A stretch of DNA of 64,000 bases from an uncultured Gemmatimonadales bacterium (GTDB lineage: Bacteria > Gemmatimonadota > Gemmatimonadetes > Longimicrobiales > RSA9): contig CAWAMW010000012.1 in assembly GCA_963783305.1 (NCBI GenBank), positions 90,843 through 154,842 on the forward strand, read 5' to 3'. Below are positions 54,314-64,000 of this stretch, one piece after another. Each line of letters starts with the position of its first letter. The stretch's first letter is position 1. A model generated the notes under the pieces. It was not told where the DNA came from. It worked only from the letters and a program-made list of their open reading frames with translations, and made no database searches. The position numbers and the translations under genes were made by a program.

Positions 54314-54840
54314 AAAGGCTTGTCACGAAGGGCTCGAAGGGGCGAAGGTCTCGAAGAACAGCACTCAGCTTGCCAGCAGGATTCGTTTGAAGCCGCCGGC
54401 TACGAGGGCTTCTACGTTGAAATTGAAGAGCAGGCCGACCCGCAGATCCGAGAGGCGCAGGTAGGTCATGAGCTGGGAAACGTGCACGGGAGCCAGCCTG
54501 TCTACGGCCTTCAGCTCCACCACCACCGACTCTTCAACGAGCATGTCCAGCCGGTAGCCGCAATCGAGCCGCACGTCCCGATGGATCACCGGCAGCGGCA
54601 CCTGGCACCGGACGCTCAGCCCCCGGTGCCGCAGCTCAGCCTCGAGACAAACCTCATAGGTCTTTTCAAGGAGCCCCGGCCCAAACTTCCGATGGATGTC
54701 GATGGCCGCGCCAATGATGGTTCTGGTAATTCCTCCAGTCCCGTCATCCCGCAGGTCACCGCGCATGCCCCCTCACGCTGTTACTCCAATTGTGGTTCTT
54801 CGAGACCTTCGCCCCTTCGAGCCCTTCGTGTCACGCCTTT
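54314..54840. mobile_element. Putative inverted-repeat-bounded GxxExxY element 2
   Basis: 46-bp terminal inverted repeats at 54314-54359 and 54795-54840 with 2 mismatches; mobility is inferred. Confidence 0.65.
54365..54766 (-). CDS. GxxExxY protein (PD-(D/E)XK nuclease-like)
   Basis: FGPGLLEKTY, YRLDMLVE..VVVELK, QLMTYL, GLLFNF. Confidence 0.93.
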   Translation of the reverse strand: MRGDLRDDGTGGITRTIIGAAIDIHRKFGPGLLEKTYEVCLEAELRHRGLSVRCQVPLPVIHRDVRLDCGYRLDMLVEESVVVELKAVDRLAPVHVSQLMTYLRLSDLRVGLLFNFNVEALVAGGFKRILLAS

Positions 54841-54900
54841 AGAAGTTTGCTGCAAAGACGAAGGCCGAAAATGCCCCGATGAGCCCGAGGCATGCGCGTA

Positions 54901-57900
54901 ATGGCCTCCTTCCCGCACGGCCTCTACGAATCCCTCGTCACCGAGGCCCTCGCCACCCGTCTCGAGGCGCTCCCGCGGAACCGCCAGGCAAGCACCGACG
55001 CCCTCCGCACCGCCGAGGCCGCCGACCGCATCGCCTGGCACATCGCGTCCGTGGTCGAGCGCGCCATCGAGATGCTCCCGGAATCCCAGCGGACCGAAGC
55101 CGGGATAGCCCTGGCGAGGTCGCTCGTGGACAGGGTCGTGGAGGGATCGAGCGTCGCCGAGCTGAGCGACCAGCGGCCGAGCGACCCCGCCGAGGTACTC
55201 CGCGGCGTGCACCGCCTCCGCCCGGACGGCACGCCCGCGCAGGTCGAAGGCCCGCTCATCCCGCTCCTGGACTCCGCGCTCCTCACCAACGCCCCCGGCG
55301 AGCCCGCCGTGGGCCACCAGGTCGCCGCGGAGATCGCGTCGGCCGACCGGATCGACCTGATCATGGCGTTCATCCGCCGCTCCGGGATCCGGCCGCTGCG
55401 GGAGAAGCTGCGGAAGCACGTGGACGACGGCGGCACGCTCCGGGTCCTGACTACTACGTACACCGGCTCCACCGAGCGCGCCGCGCTGGACTGGCTCCGG
55501 GAGCTCGGCGCCGACGTCCGGGTCTCCTACGACACCACCAGCACGCGCCTCCACGCCAAGGCCTGGCTCTTCCACCGCGACTCCGGCTTCTCCACCGCCT
55601 ACGTCGGCTCGTCCAACCTCACCCACTGGGCCCAGGCGACGGGCCTCGAGTGGAACGTCCGGATCTCCGGCGCCCGCAACCGGTCCATCGTCGAGAAGGT
55701 GGCCGCGGTCTTCGAGAGCTACTGGGAGGAGGCCGACTTCGAGCCATACGACCCCGCGCGCTTCGCCGACGCCGTCGACCTCGACCGGCCGCCCGGCGAC
55801 CGCGTCATCCTCCCGCCCACCGAGATCCGACCGTACCCGTTCCAGGAGCGGCTGCTGGAGCAGATCGCGCTGGCCCGGGAGCGCGGGCACCACCGGAACC
55901 TGCTGGTGGCCGCCACCGGGACGGGGAAGACCGTCATGGCCGCGCTGGACTACCAGCGGCTGCGGAAGGAGCTGCGGGACAAGGGCGAGCGGGCGCGGCT
56001 GCTCTTCGTCGCCCACCGGGAGGAGATCCTGACCCAGAGCCGGGCCACGTTCGCCCACGCGCTCCGGGACGCGAATTTCGGCGAGGAGTGGGTCGGGGGC
56101 CGGAAGCCGGCGGAGTTCGACCACGTGTTCGCGTCCATCCAGTCGCTCGACCGGAACGGCGTGGACCTCATTGCGCCAGACCACTTCGACGTCGTGATCG
56201 TCGATGAATTCCACCATGCCGCCGCGAAGTCGTACGACCGGCTGCTGAAGCACCTCGAGCCCCGCCAGCTGCTCGGCCTGACCGCCACACCGGAACGGAG
56301 CGATGGCGCGCCGATCCTCCACTGGTTCGACGACCGGATCGCCGCCGAGCTCCGGCTCTGGGACGCCATCGACCAGCACCGCCTCACCCCCTTCGCCTAC
56401 TACGGCATCGCCGACGACCTGGACCTCCGGGAGGTGCCGTTCACGCGGGGCAGGGGATACGACGTCGACGGCGTCACCAACATCATCACCGCGAACGACG
56501 TCTGGGCGAACCGGGTCCTCAAGCAGTTCCTCGAGCACTTCGGCAACCCGCCCGACGTCAGAGCCCTCGGCTTCTGCGTGGGCGTCGACCACGCCCGCTA
56601 CATGGCCCGCGTCTTCAACCAGCACGGCGTCCCCGCCGTCGCCATCACCGGCGAGACGAACGACGACGAGCGGAAGCGCGCGCTCCGGGACCTGGAGCGG
56701 GGCGGCGTCAACGTCGTCTTCAGCGTGGACCTCTTCAACGAGGGCGTGGACGTCCCCACCGCCGACGCGCTCCTCATGCTCCGCCCCACCGAGAGCCCGC
56801 TCCTCTTCCTCCAGCAGCTCGGCCGCGGGCTCCGGAAGGCGCCGGGCAAGGCCGTCTGCACCGTCCTCGACTTCGTCGGCCACCACCGCAAGGAGTTCCG
56901 CTACGACCGCCGCTTCCGCGCCCTCCTCGGCGGCACCCGCACCGACGTCATCCGACAGGTCGAGCAGGGCTTCCCGTTCCTCCCCGCCGGCTGCCACATG
57001 GAGCTGGACCGGGTGTCGTCCCAGCGGGTCCTGGACAGCATCCGGAACGCGCTCCCGGACAACGTCACGCAGCGGGCGGACGAGCTGAGGGAGCTGGTCG
57101 CGAGACAGGGCGACGTCACGCTCGCCCAGTACCTGGACGCCACCGGCCTCGACGTCGACGAGGTCTACCGCGGCAACACAACGGCTGGTCGGATCTCCGG
57201 GAGCGGGCCGGCCTGGACACCGCCCCCGCCGGCGACCACGAGACGATCCTACGCCGCGCCATCGGCCGCCTGCTCCACGTAGACGACCCCGAGCGGCTCG
57301 CGACCTGGCGTCGCTGGCTCCAGGGCGACACACCGCCCGACGTGGGCGTCTCCGAGCGCGACGACCGTCTCCTCCGCATGCTCCTCGGCCAGCTCCTGGA
57401 CCAGGTCGCCGGCAAGGACATGAGCCTGGCCGACGGCGCGGCCGTGCTCTGGGCCCACCCCCAGGTCCGTCGCGAGCTGGACGAGCTGTTCGAGGTCCTG
57501 GAAGCCGGGTGAGCCACCTCACGCCCGACCTCGGGATCCTGCCCGACGTCCCGCTCCACGTCCACGCCCGCTACACCCGCATCGAGATCCTCGCCGCGTG
57601 CGGCAAAGGCGAGGGGGCGAGGGTGATGCCGTGGCAGACCGGCGTCCTCTACGTCGAGGAGCTCCCCGCCGACCTCCTCGCCTTCACCCTGGACAAGACC
57701 GGCGGCGCGTTCTCCCCCACGACCCGGTACCGCGACTACGCCATCAGCCGCGACCTCATCCACTGGGAGAGCCAGTCGGTCACCCGGGCGGACAGCGAGA
57801 CGGGGCGACGGTACCAGGAGCACGCCAGGCGAGGCAGCCACGTCCTGCTGTTCGCGCGGCTGAACACCGACGAGCGGGCGTTCCACTTCCTCGGCCCGGC

Positions 57901-58006
57901 GACGTACGTCCGGCACGAGTCGGAGCAGCCGATGGCGATTACGTGGAAGCTGGAGTATCGGCTGCCGGGGGATCTGTATCAGGCGTTTGCGGCGGCGGTG
58001 GCGTGA
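54901..58006 (+). CDS. PLD nuclease-SF2 helicase-DUF3427 protein (SauUSI-like type IV restriction enzyme), frameshifts near 57176 and 57505
   Basis: LHAKAW...VGSSNLT (PLD), ATGTGKT, DEFHH, TATPER.D, QQLGRGLR, and FSPTTRYRDYAIS..LIHWESQS (DUF3427); the middle segment reads ...GWSDLRERAG...HPQVRREL in another frame. Confidence 0.88.
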
Positions 58007-58153
58007 TGGGCAAGAGTGTGATAGATGCCACGCCCTCCAAGTACCGTGAGGCCTCTTCACTGCGTTGCACAGGCTCTTGCCGAGAGTCTAGGTGGAAGGG
58101 ACACAAAGTACGGATGGCTTTAATCCTATTCACCACAGCCATTTCACAATAGC

Positions 58154-59086
58154 GTGATCACTTCGAAACAGCTTGAGACATACGTCCAGGGGGCTATTGC
58201 GCAGTTCGCAGTCGAGCCCTCCCGAACTGTCGTCGGAGTGTCAGGCGGCAAGGACAGCACCGCTTTGCTGTGGGCGCTGAGGTCCCTTCGTTTGCCCGTG
58301 ATTCCGGCAATTGTTGATTTGGGGTATCCGCATTTCGACGCCGACGGAATAGCAGCTCAACTGAAAGAGGCTGGATTTGACCCCGTAGTCCTCACGGCAG
58401 AGCCATACCCGGATTCCTTAGTGAAGTTGACGCGCCATGAAGCGAGCACAGTCATCGATAACCTGAATGCGTTGAACAAGCTCGCTGAGAAGGAAGTTCC
58501 CTGCGGGCGCTGTACTCGTGTGAAGAGGTCGCTGTTGCTAGGACTGGCACGTGCTGAGAAGGCTAGGTTCGTCGCGCTTGGGCATCATCTCACTGATTTT
58601 GTAACCACGATTCTTAAGGACTATTTCGTTGATACCTACGCTTCTAGCATTGGACGGTATGACCCTGCCACATTCCGATTGCACGTTGACAATCACCCAA
58701 TTGATGTTGACCGGCTCAAGGGGTTGGTGGTAGGGGAACGGGCGGCGACGATGGCGTTTCGTCTGCCTCTGGATAGGGAAGTCGAGTTGGTGCGGCCGCT
58801 CTTTCAGGTGCCCGAGAACGAAATTGAAGCTTGGATTGAGGGAAGTGGGCTGCTAACATTCGGGGCTGGCTGCAGCCATTCAGTCTTCAGTGCTGGATCT
58901 GGGCTGATGACCAAGCGGGAGTTAGTCCACGTGCGGGTAAGAGCAGAGGCTTCCAAAGATCCGGATTTCTACAGCAGCATAATGCCGGTACTTCTCAGGA
59001 CGTTGACCGACGAGGGATTGCCACGGTTCTCATCACCTCGTGGACGCCGCGCTGAAATCTATCCCCGCTTCGACGGGGCGGACTAG
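58154..59086 (+). CDS. PP-loop ATPase, TtcA/TtuA-like
   Basis: VGVSGGKDS, PCGRC...KR, ALGHH.TD, VRPL..V.E.EI. Confidence 0.82.
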   Translation: MITSKQLETYVQGAIAQFAVEPSRTVVGVSGGKDSTALLWALRSLRLPVIPAIVDLGYPHFDADGIAAQLKEAGFDPVVLTAEPYPDSLVKLTRHEASTVIDNLNALNKLAEKEVPCGRCTRVKRSLLLGLARAEKARFVALGHHLTDFVTTILKDYFVDTYASSIGRYDPATFRLHVDNHPIDVDRLKGLVVGERAATMAFRLPLDREVELVRPLFQVPENEIEAWIEGSGLLTFGAGCSHSVFSAGSGLMTKRELVHVRVRAEASKDPDFYSSIMPVLLRTLTDEGLPRFSSPRGRRAEIYPRFDGAD

Positions 59087-60354
59087 TGCAGACGCCGCCG
59101 CTCGTGGTCATCGCCGGTCCGATGGGTGTTGGGAAGACCACCCTCGCTCGGAACTTGGCGGCACACCTTGGTTGGCGATACTTACCAGAGAGCGTTATCG
59201 CTGCACCGCTCATTGAGCAGCTGTTTAGGGATCCCGATCGGTGGGCGTTTGCTGTTCAAGTTACCTTTCTTGTTGACAAGGCGCTGCAGCTAAAAGCTGC
59301 AATGGAAATCGGAGATCCGATTATCCTCGACCGTGGCCTAGTCGAGGATGCAAGAATATTTGCCCGCTATTGGGCAGATGAGGGATATATTGAAGAGAGC
59401 TTGTTCGAGGTATACGAAGCTTTGGCCAAGCACTTCATCGAAGATCTGCCTCCACCGGACCTGACTATCTACTGCGCGTGTTCATTCGAAGAATCCCTGC
59501 GCCGGGACCAGAGGAGAAACAAGCCCTACGGCCGGTCCCACGCGCAGGCGATTTTCGATCGCTACCGCGACTGGGTGGAAAGATATTCTGGACCGACATT
59601 GGCGATGCTTGATACCGAGGATGTCAATGTGCGGAAGTCGACGCAAATCAGGGAAGTTGCCTCGGAAATACTGAGTAGCTTTCTATCACCTTCGGAAGGT
59701 GTGGTTCAGTCAGATCTGTTCTCCCAGCCGCAGCCTTCAAAATCGTCTCCCCCTTTGCTAAGCCCGATTACAACGGGGCGGCTGAGTCACAGAGCAGTCA
59801 GAGTGAAGTATGGAGGGCGCGTGATACCGTTCCCTTCGGCGTATATCGCCGCCCCGTTCACGGCCCAAGCGACAATATCACCGCCGAGCGAAGACGCGTA
59901 TCGGCTAATGCTCGATACGACCCCTCACGGGATTCTCCCACCGGGCCGGTATCGCAGCTTCGTTGAGAGCATTGAACAGGCTGCACGCTCATATGGCCTG
60001 AATACCTTCTTACCCCATCGGGACGTGAACGCCTGGGGGGGAAAAGTGTTGCCTCCAGCCGAGATCGCTTCCCTCTGCTCTCAATATGTGAAAGAAGCGG
60101 ATCTGTTTATCGGCGTGCTGGGAATGAGCCAAGGGTCGCATTATGAATTTGGCCTGGCTAGAGCATTTGGAAAGCCTGCACTTCTGATTGAAGTGGCTGA
60201 ACTGCCGACGTCGTATATAGCACAAGGTCTATCGACACTGTCTAAGTCTTTGTTGAGGGTTCACGTGGAAAGCTTCGAGGAGGTGCGAGGAGCACTCACC
60301 CAGCCCCGGGTGGAGAATTTTCTGAGAAGGTACTTCCCGATCAGGAGGAAATAG
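59086..60354 (+). CDS. Deoxynucleoside kinase fused to a nucleoside 2-deoxyribosyltransferase / MilB-BlsM-like N-glycosidase domain
   Basis: N: GPMGVGKTT, PE, RWAF..Q..FL, LDR, PDL.IY; C: YIAAPF, FLPHRD..AWG, EADLFI, SQGSHYEFGLA...GKP. Confidence 0.82.
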   Translation: MQTPPLVVIAGPMGVGKTTLARNLAAHLGWRYLPESVIAAPLIEQLFRDPDRWAFAVQVTFLVDKALQLKAAMEIGDPIILDRGLVEDARIFARYWADEGYIEESLFEVYEALAKHFIEDLPPPDLTIYCACSFEESLRRDQRRNKPYGRSHAQAIFDRYRDWVERYSGPTLAMLDTEDVNVRKSTQIREVASEILSSFLSPSEGVVQSDLFSQPQPSKSSPPLLSPITTGRLSHRAVRVKYGGRVIPFPSAYIAAPFTAQATISPPSEDAYRLMLDTTPHGILPPGRYRSFVESIEQAARSYGLNTFLPHRDVNAWGGKVLPPAEIASLCSQYVKEADLFIGVLGMSQGSHYEFGLARAFGKPALLIEVAELPTSYIAQGLSTLSKSLLRVHVESFEEVRGALTQPRVENFLRRYFPIRRK

Positions 60355-60356
60355 TG

Positions 60357-61277
60357 ATGACTCGTCTGGTCGCCTGGTACGATAGCCGCAGCTTAGGAGT
60401 CCGGACCTTTTTGGCTTCCCTGGCCGCGGGAGTCGCGTTCTACGGGTCCGCTCTGTTAACGGTGGGCATTTCGGAAACGGTCGGCGAACAGGCGCCCGGC
60501 GGCAGTACGGCTGTACATGCGACGGTCTTCATAATTCTTATGACCACTGGCATTTTTGCCGCCCGCTATTTCCTTACAGTTCAGCATAGACTCAGGGAGG
60601 AAAGAGACGCGAAGACTGCCTTCCAGCTACACGCCTATGCCCATGTGGACCGGCTCGTGGCGAAGCAGGTTGATTGGGCCGGTAGTAGGGAGGATGTGCT
60701 AAAGGCATGGGGACTTGGCCCTCGCGTCTTTCAAGAGATAGTCCAAAGAGCCTACGAGACGTTTGAAGCAGGATACGGAAAGGCCTCCGAAGCTGCTGAA
60801 AGGGTCGACTTCGAAGTCACGTTTATGACCAAGTCCTACCGCGATGGCAGGATAACTATTCCCGCCTACGCAAACAGGGATGGCAGGGCACCGAGGAGTA
60901 TGGTCTTGCGAGCGGAGCAGCCCGACATCTACGACAACACAGTGACGGCTCGCATTTACCGAGAGCAGAGGCCTAGTCCCCACATCGTTGAAGATACTGA
61001 CGCGAAAGCTGCCGATTATCAGGAACTGTATCCACAACAGAAGAAGCGGATCCGGTCGTCGATTGTCTATCCAGTGCTCTCACATTAGAATACGCTGCTC
61101 GGAACCCTCGTTGTTCATTGTGATAGGAGTGGCTTTTTCAAAGAGAGTGATCAGAAGTACTGGTTTGAGGTGTTTGAGGTTTTCGCAAAGCGACTCGCAC
61201 TCGCGAAGCAGAGGCTTGACCTGGCGGTTGAACATGAGGGCGGTGGTCTGCCGGCTCACGTCGAGGAGCCGTTCTAG
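60357..61277 (+). CDS. 2TM plus GAF-like domain protein, interrupted by an in-frame TAG at 61086-61088
   Basis: Two N-terminal hydrophobic helices; IRSSIVYPVLSH*NTLLGTLVVHCDRSGFF continues in frame to TAG 61277. Confidence 0.7.
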
Positions 61278-61279
61278 TC

Positions 61280-63317
61280 ATGAACCACTCACAAATTACC
61301 GCCTTCATCTGGTCGGTCGCCGACCTGATCCGCGACACCTTCAAGCGCGGCAAGTACCAGGACGTCATCCTCCCGCTGACCGTCCTCCGGCGCATCGACC
61401 AGGTCCTGGCGCCCACGAAGGAGAAGGTCCTCGGGACCTACAGCGAGTTCAAAGGCAAGCTCGACAACCCGGACGACCTCCTCCGGAAGGCCTCCGGCTA
61501 CGCCTTCTACAACACGTCGCTCTACACCTTCGAGCGGCTGGTGGACGACCCGCAGAACATCGCCCACAACCTCCGCACCTACATCCAGTCGTTCAGCCCG
61601 AACATGCGGGAGGTGATCGAGAAGTTCGACTTCGACAACACGATCACAAAGCTCGACGACGCCGGGCTCCTCTTCCTGGTCATGGAGCAGTTCGACCAGG
61701 TCGACCTGCACCCGGACCGGGTCTCGAACCCCATGATGGGGACGATCTTCGAGGAGCTGATCCGTAAGTTCAACGAGGCGCTGAACGAGAACCCCGGCGA
61801 GCACTTCACGCCCCGCGACGTCGTCCACCTCATGGTCCGGCTGCTGGTGGCAGGCGAGGACGAGAAGCTGGGCGGGAGCGGCCCATCGTCACTGTCTACG
61901 ATCCGTGCTGCGGCACGGGCGGCATGCTGACCATCACGAAGGACGTGATCCAGGGGTCGCCGAAACGGAGGGGCTCAACCCCAACGCCGACGTCCACCTC
62001 TTCGGCCAGGAGGTGAACCCCGAGACGTTCGCCATCTGCAAGGCCGACCTCTACATGAAGGGCGACGGCTCCGACGCCGACAACATCGCCTTCGGCAGCA
62101 CCCTCGCCGTCGACCGCCACGCCGGCCGCGGTTCGACTACATGATCGCCAACCCGCCTTACGGCAAGGACTGGAAGCGGGACGAGGACGCCGTGGAGGCC
62201 GAGGCCGAGCGCGGCACCGCCGGCCGGTTCGGAGCCGGCACGCCCCGGATCAGCGACGGGCAGCTCCTCTTCCTCCAGCACATGGTCCCCCACATGAAGC
62301 CGCCGGAGGACGGCGGCTCCCGCATCGCCATCATCATGAACGGCTCGCCCCTCTTCACCGGCGACGCCGGCAGCGGCGAGAGCGAGATCCGCCGCTGGAT
62401 CCTCGAGAACGACTGGCTCGAAGCCATCATCGCGCTCCCCGAGCAGCTCTTCTACAACACCGGCATCGCCACCTACGTCTGGGTCCTGACCAACCGGAAG
62501 CCGGCCGAGCGACGCGGCAAGGTCCAGCTCATCGACGCGACCGCCTTCTGGGCGCCATGCGGAAGAGCCTCGGCGACAAGCGCCGCGAGATCACCGAGAG
62601 CACCGGGAGGGGATCCTCGACCTGTACCGCGCTTACGAGGAGGAGGCGAGCGGAGCAAGGTCTTTCCGACCGAGCACTTCGGCTACCGGAAGATCCGCGT
62701 CGAGCGGCCGCTCCGGCTCAACTTCCAGGCGTCCGCGAGCGGATCGCTCGTCTCGACGACGAGCGCGCGTTCCAGAACCTCGCCAAGAGCCGGAAGAGGG
62801 ACCCGGAGAAGAAGCGGGAGGAGGCCGAGGAGGGGCGGAAGAGCAGGAGGAGATCCGCGACTGCTCCGCGCCTGCCCGACACGCTCTTCACGGACCGGGA
62901 GGAGTTCCTGAAGGCGCTGAAGACGGCCGCGAAGGAGGCGGACGTGAAGCTCACGGCGCCGCTCCGGAAGGCGATCGTCGGCGCTCTCCGAGCGCGACGA
63001 GAACGCCGAGATCTGCCGGGACAAGAAGGGCAACCCCGAGCCCGACCCCGAACTCCGCGACTACGAGAACGTGCCGCTGGACGAGGACGTCGAGCGCCTA
63101 CTTCGCGCGCGAGGTGATGCCCTACGTCCCCGACGCCTGGATCGACGAGTCGTACACCGACGCCAAAGACGGCGAGGTCGGCCGCGTCGGCTACGAGATC
63201 AACTTCAACCGGTACTTCTACGTCTACGAGCCGCCCCGGCCGCTCGAGGAGATCGAAGCGGACATCCGGGAGATCGAAAAGGAGATCGTCGGGATGCTTG
63301 GGGAGGTGGGGGTGTGA
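61280..63317 (+). CDS. hsdM: Type I restriction-modification methyltransferase subunit (multiple frameshifts)
   Basis: FIWSVADL.R, ILP.TVLRR.D, GEHFTPRDV, DPCCGTGGML, ANPPYG, GYEINFNRYFY, spread across several frames. Confidence 0.92.
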
Positions 63318-64000
63318 AGTCTGCTGATAATGGCTGGCGCGAGCTAAGGCTCAAACATTCCGTTCGGAGCAACCCGACGAAGGCGGAAGTCAAAGGCCTT
63401 CCGAAAGACCTGGCCGTGTCTTTTGTCCCCATGGAGGCAGTGGGCGAGTACGGTGGGCTCGATCTGACGCAGGAGAGGCCGTTAGGCGAGATATCCAGCG
63501 GGTACACGTACTTTCGAGATGGCGATGTCGTGGTCGCGAAGATCACGCCGTGCTTCGAGAACGGAAAAGGGGCACTCGCCAAGGGCCTGCGATCGGGCAT
63601 CGGCTTCGGCACAACCGAGCTCCACGTGCTGAGGCCCCAAGAGGTGGACGCGCGATTTCTGTTCTATCTGACTATCAGCGACAGGTTTCGGAAGCTGGGA
63701 GAGGCCTCCATGTACGGCGCCGGAGGACAGAAACGCGTTTCCGAAGAATTTGTGGAGGAGTACCGAGCCGCTTTCCCGCCGCTCGATGTCCAAAAGTCCA
63801 TCGCCTCCTTCCTCGACCGCGAAACCACCCGGATCGACACCCTCATCGAGAACAAGCGGCGCCTCCTCGATCTGCTGGAGGAGAAGCGCGAGAGTAGGAC
63901 CGCAGCGATCGTGGAGGGACGGAGTGATTACCCGCTCGTCAAGCTGGGCCACTTAATCGGGGTGTTGTCGGGATTCGCCTTTCCTAGTTCTGGGTTCACA
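63314..64000 (+). CDS. hsdS: Type I restriction-modification specificity subunit (3' partial; absent from the ORF track)
   Basis: GTG overlaps the hsdM stop; YTYFRDGDVVVAKITPCFENGKG, GAGGQKRV, PPLDVQKSIASFLDRETTRIDTLI; open to the window end. Confidence 0.92.
   Translation, partial: MKSADNGWRELRLKHSVRSNPTKAEVKGLPKDLAVSFVPMEAVGEYGGLDLTQERPLGEISSGYTYFRDGDVVVAKITPCFENGKGALAKGLRSGIGFGTTELHVLRPQEVDARFLFYLTISDRFRKLGEASMYGAGGQKRVSEEFVEEYRAAFPPLDVQKSIASFLDRETTRIDTLIENKRRLLDLLEEKRESRTAAIVEGRSDYPLVKLGHLIGVLSGFAFPSSGFT

Noticed and set aside
50531..54840. Recent composite transposon carrying the WYL pair
   Set aside because: The two GxxExxY genes are substantially diverged and no target-site duplication is evident; independent insertions are more parsimonious
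58154..59086. Housekeeping ttcA or queC assignment
   Set aside because: Atypical composition and defence-island context, and the C-terminal Cys pattern of QueC is absent, so only a family-level call is given

Overview
High-GC bacterial chromosome segment; the gene content and order suggest Gemmatimonadota (inference). Bases 1-44 kb are mostly housekeeping or metabolic: rlmN; a ptsN-vanZ-aspS-phoH-7TM/HD-ybeY-DUF502-mgtE-ABC1 kinase run; a meaB/split acyl-CoA mutase/carboxyltransferase/nhaA/atuA/crotonase operon; two hybrid histidine kinases; terC; a DEAD-box helicase; PEP carboxylase; a GNAT-deacetylase fusion; and an S9 peptidase. From about 44 kb the window is accessory. It holds a family of CGAAG-unit inverted-repeat elements, five gene-less copies plus two enclosing GxxExxY nuclease-family genes. 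It also holds a PafB/PafC-like WYL pair beside a VWA gene preceded by a perfect TGTCGG-N10-TA-N3-T motif. It ends in a defence island: a SauUSI-like PLD-helicase-DUF3427 gene, a lower-GC three-gene cassette, and type I RM hsdM-hsdS. The cassette (TtcA-like PP-loop enzyme, deoxynucleoside kinase fused to an NDT/MilB-like N-glycosidase, and a 2TM-GAF protein) is the best candidate for an undescribed system, probably a nucleotide-signalling anti-phage system. Several single-base frameshifts, dense near the right end, look like long-read errors. No rRNA, tRNA or CRISPR array was seen. All assignments come from motif recognition by eye; no searches were run.
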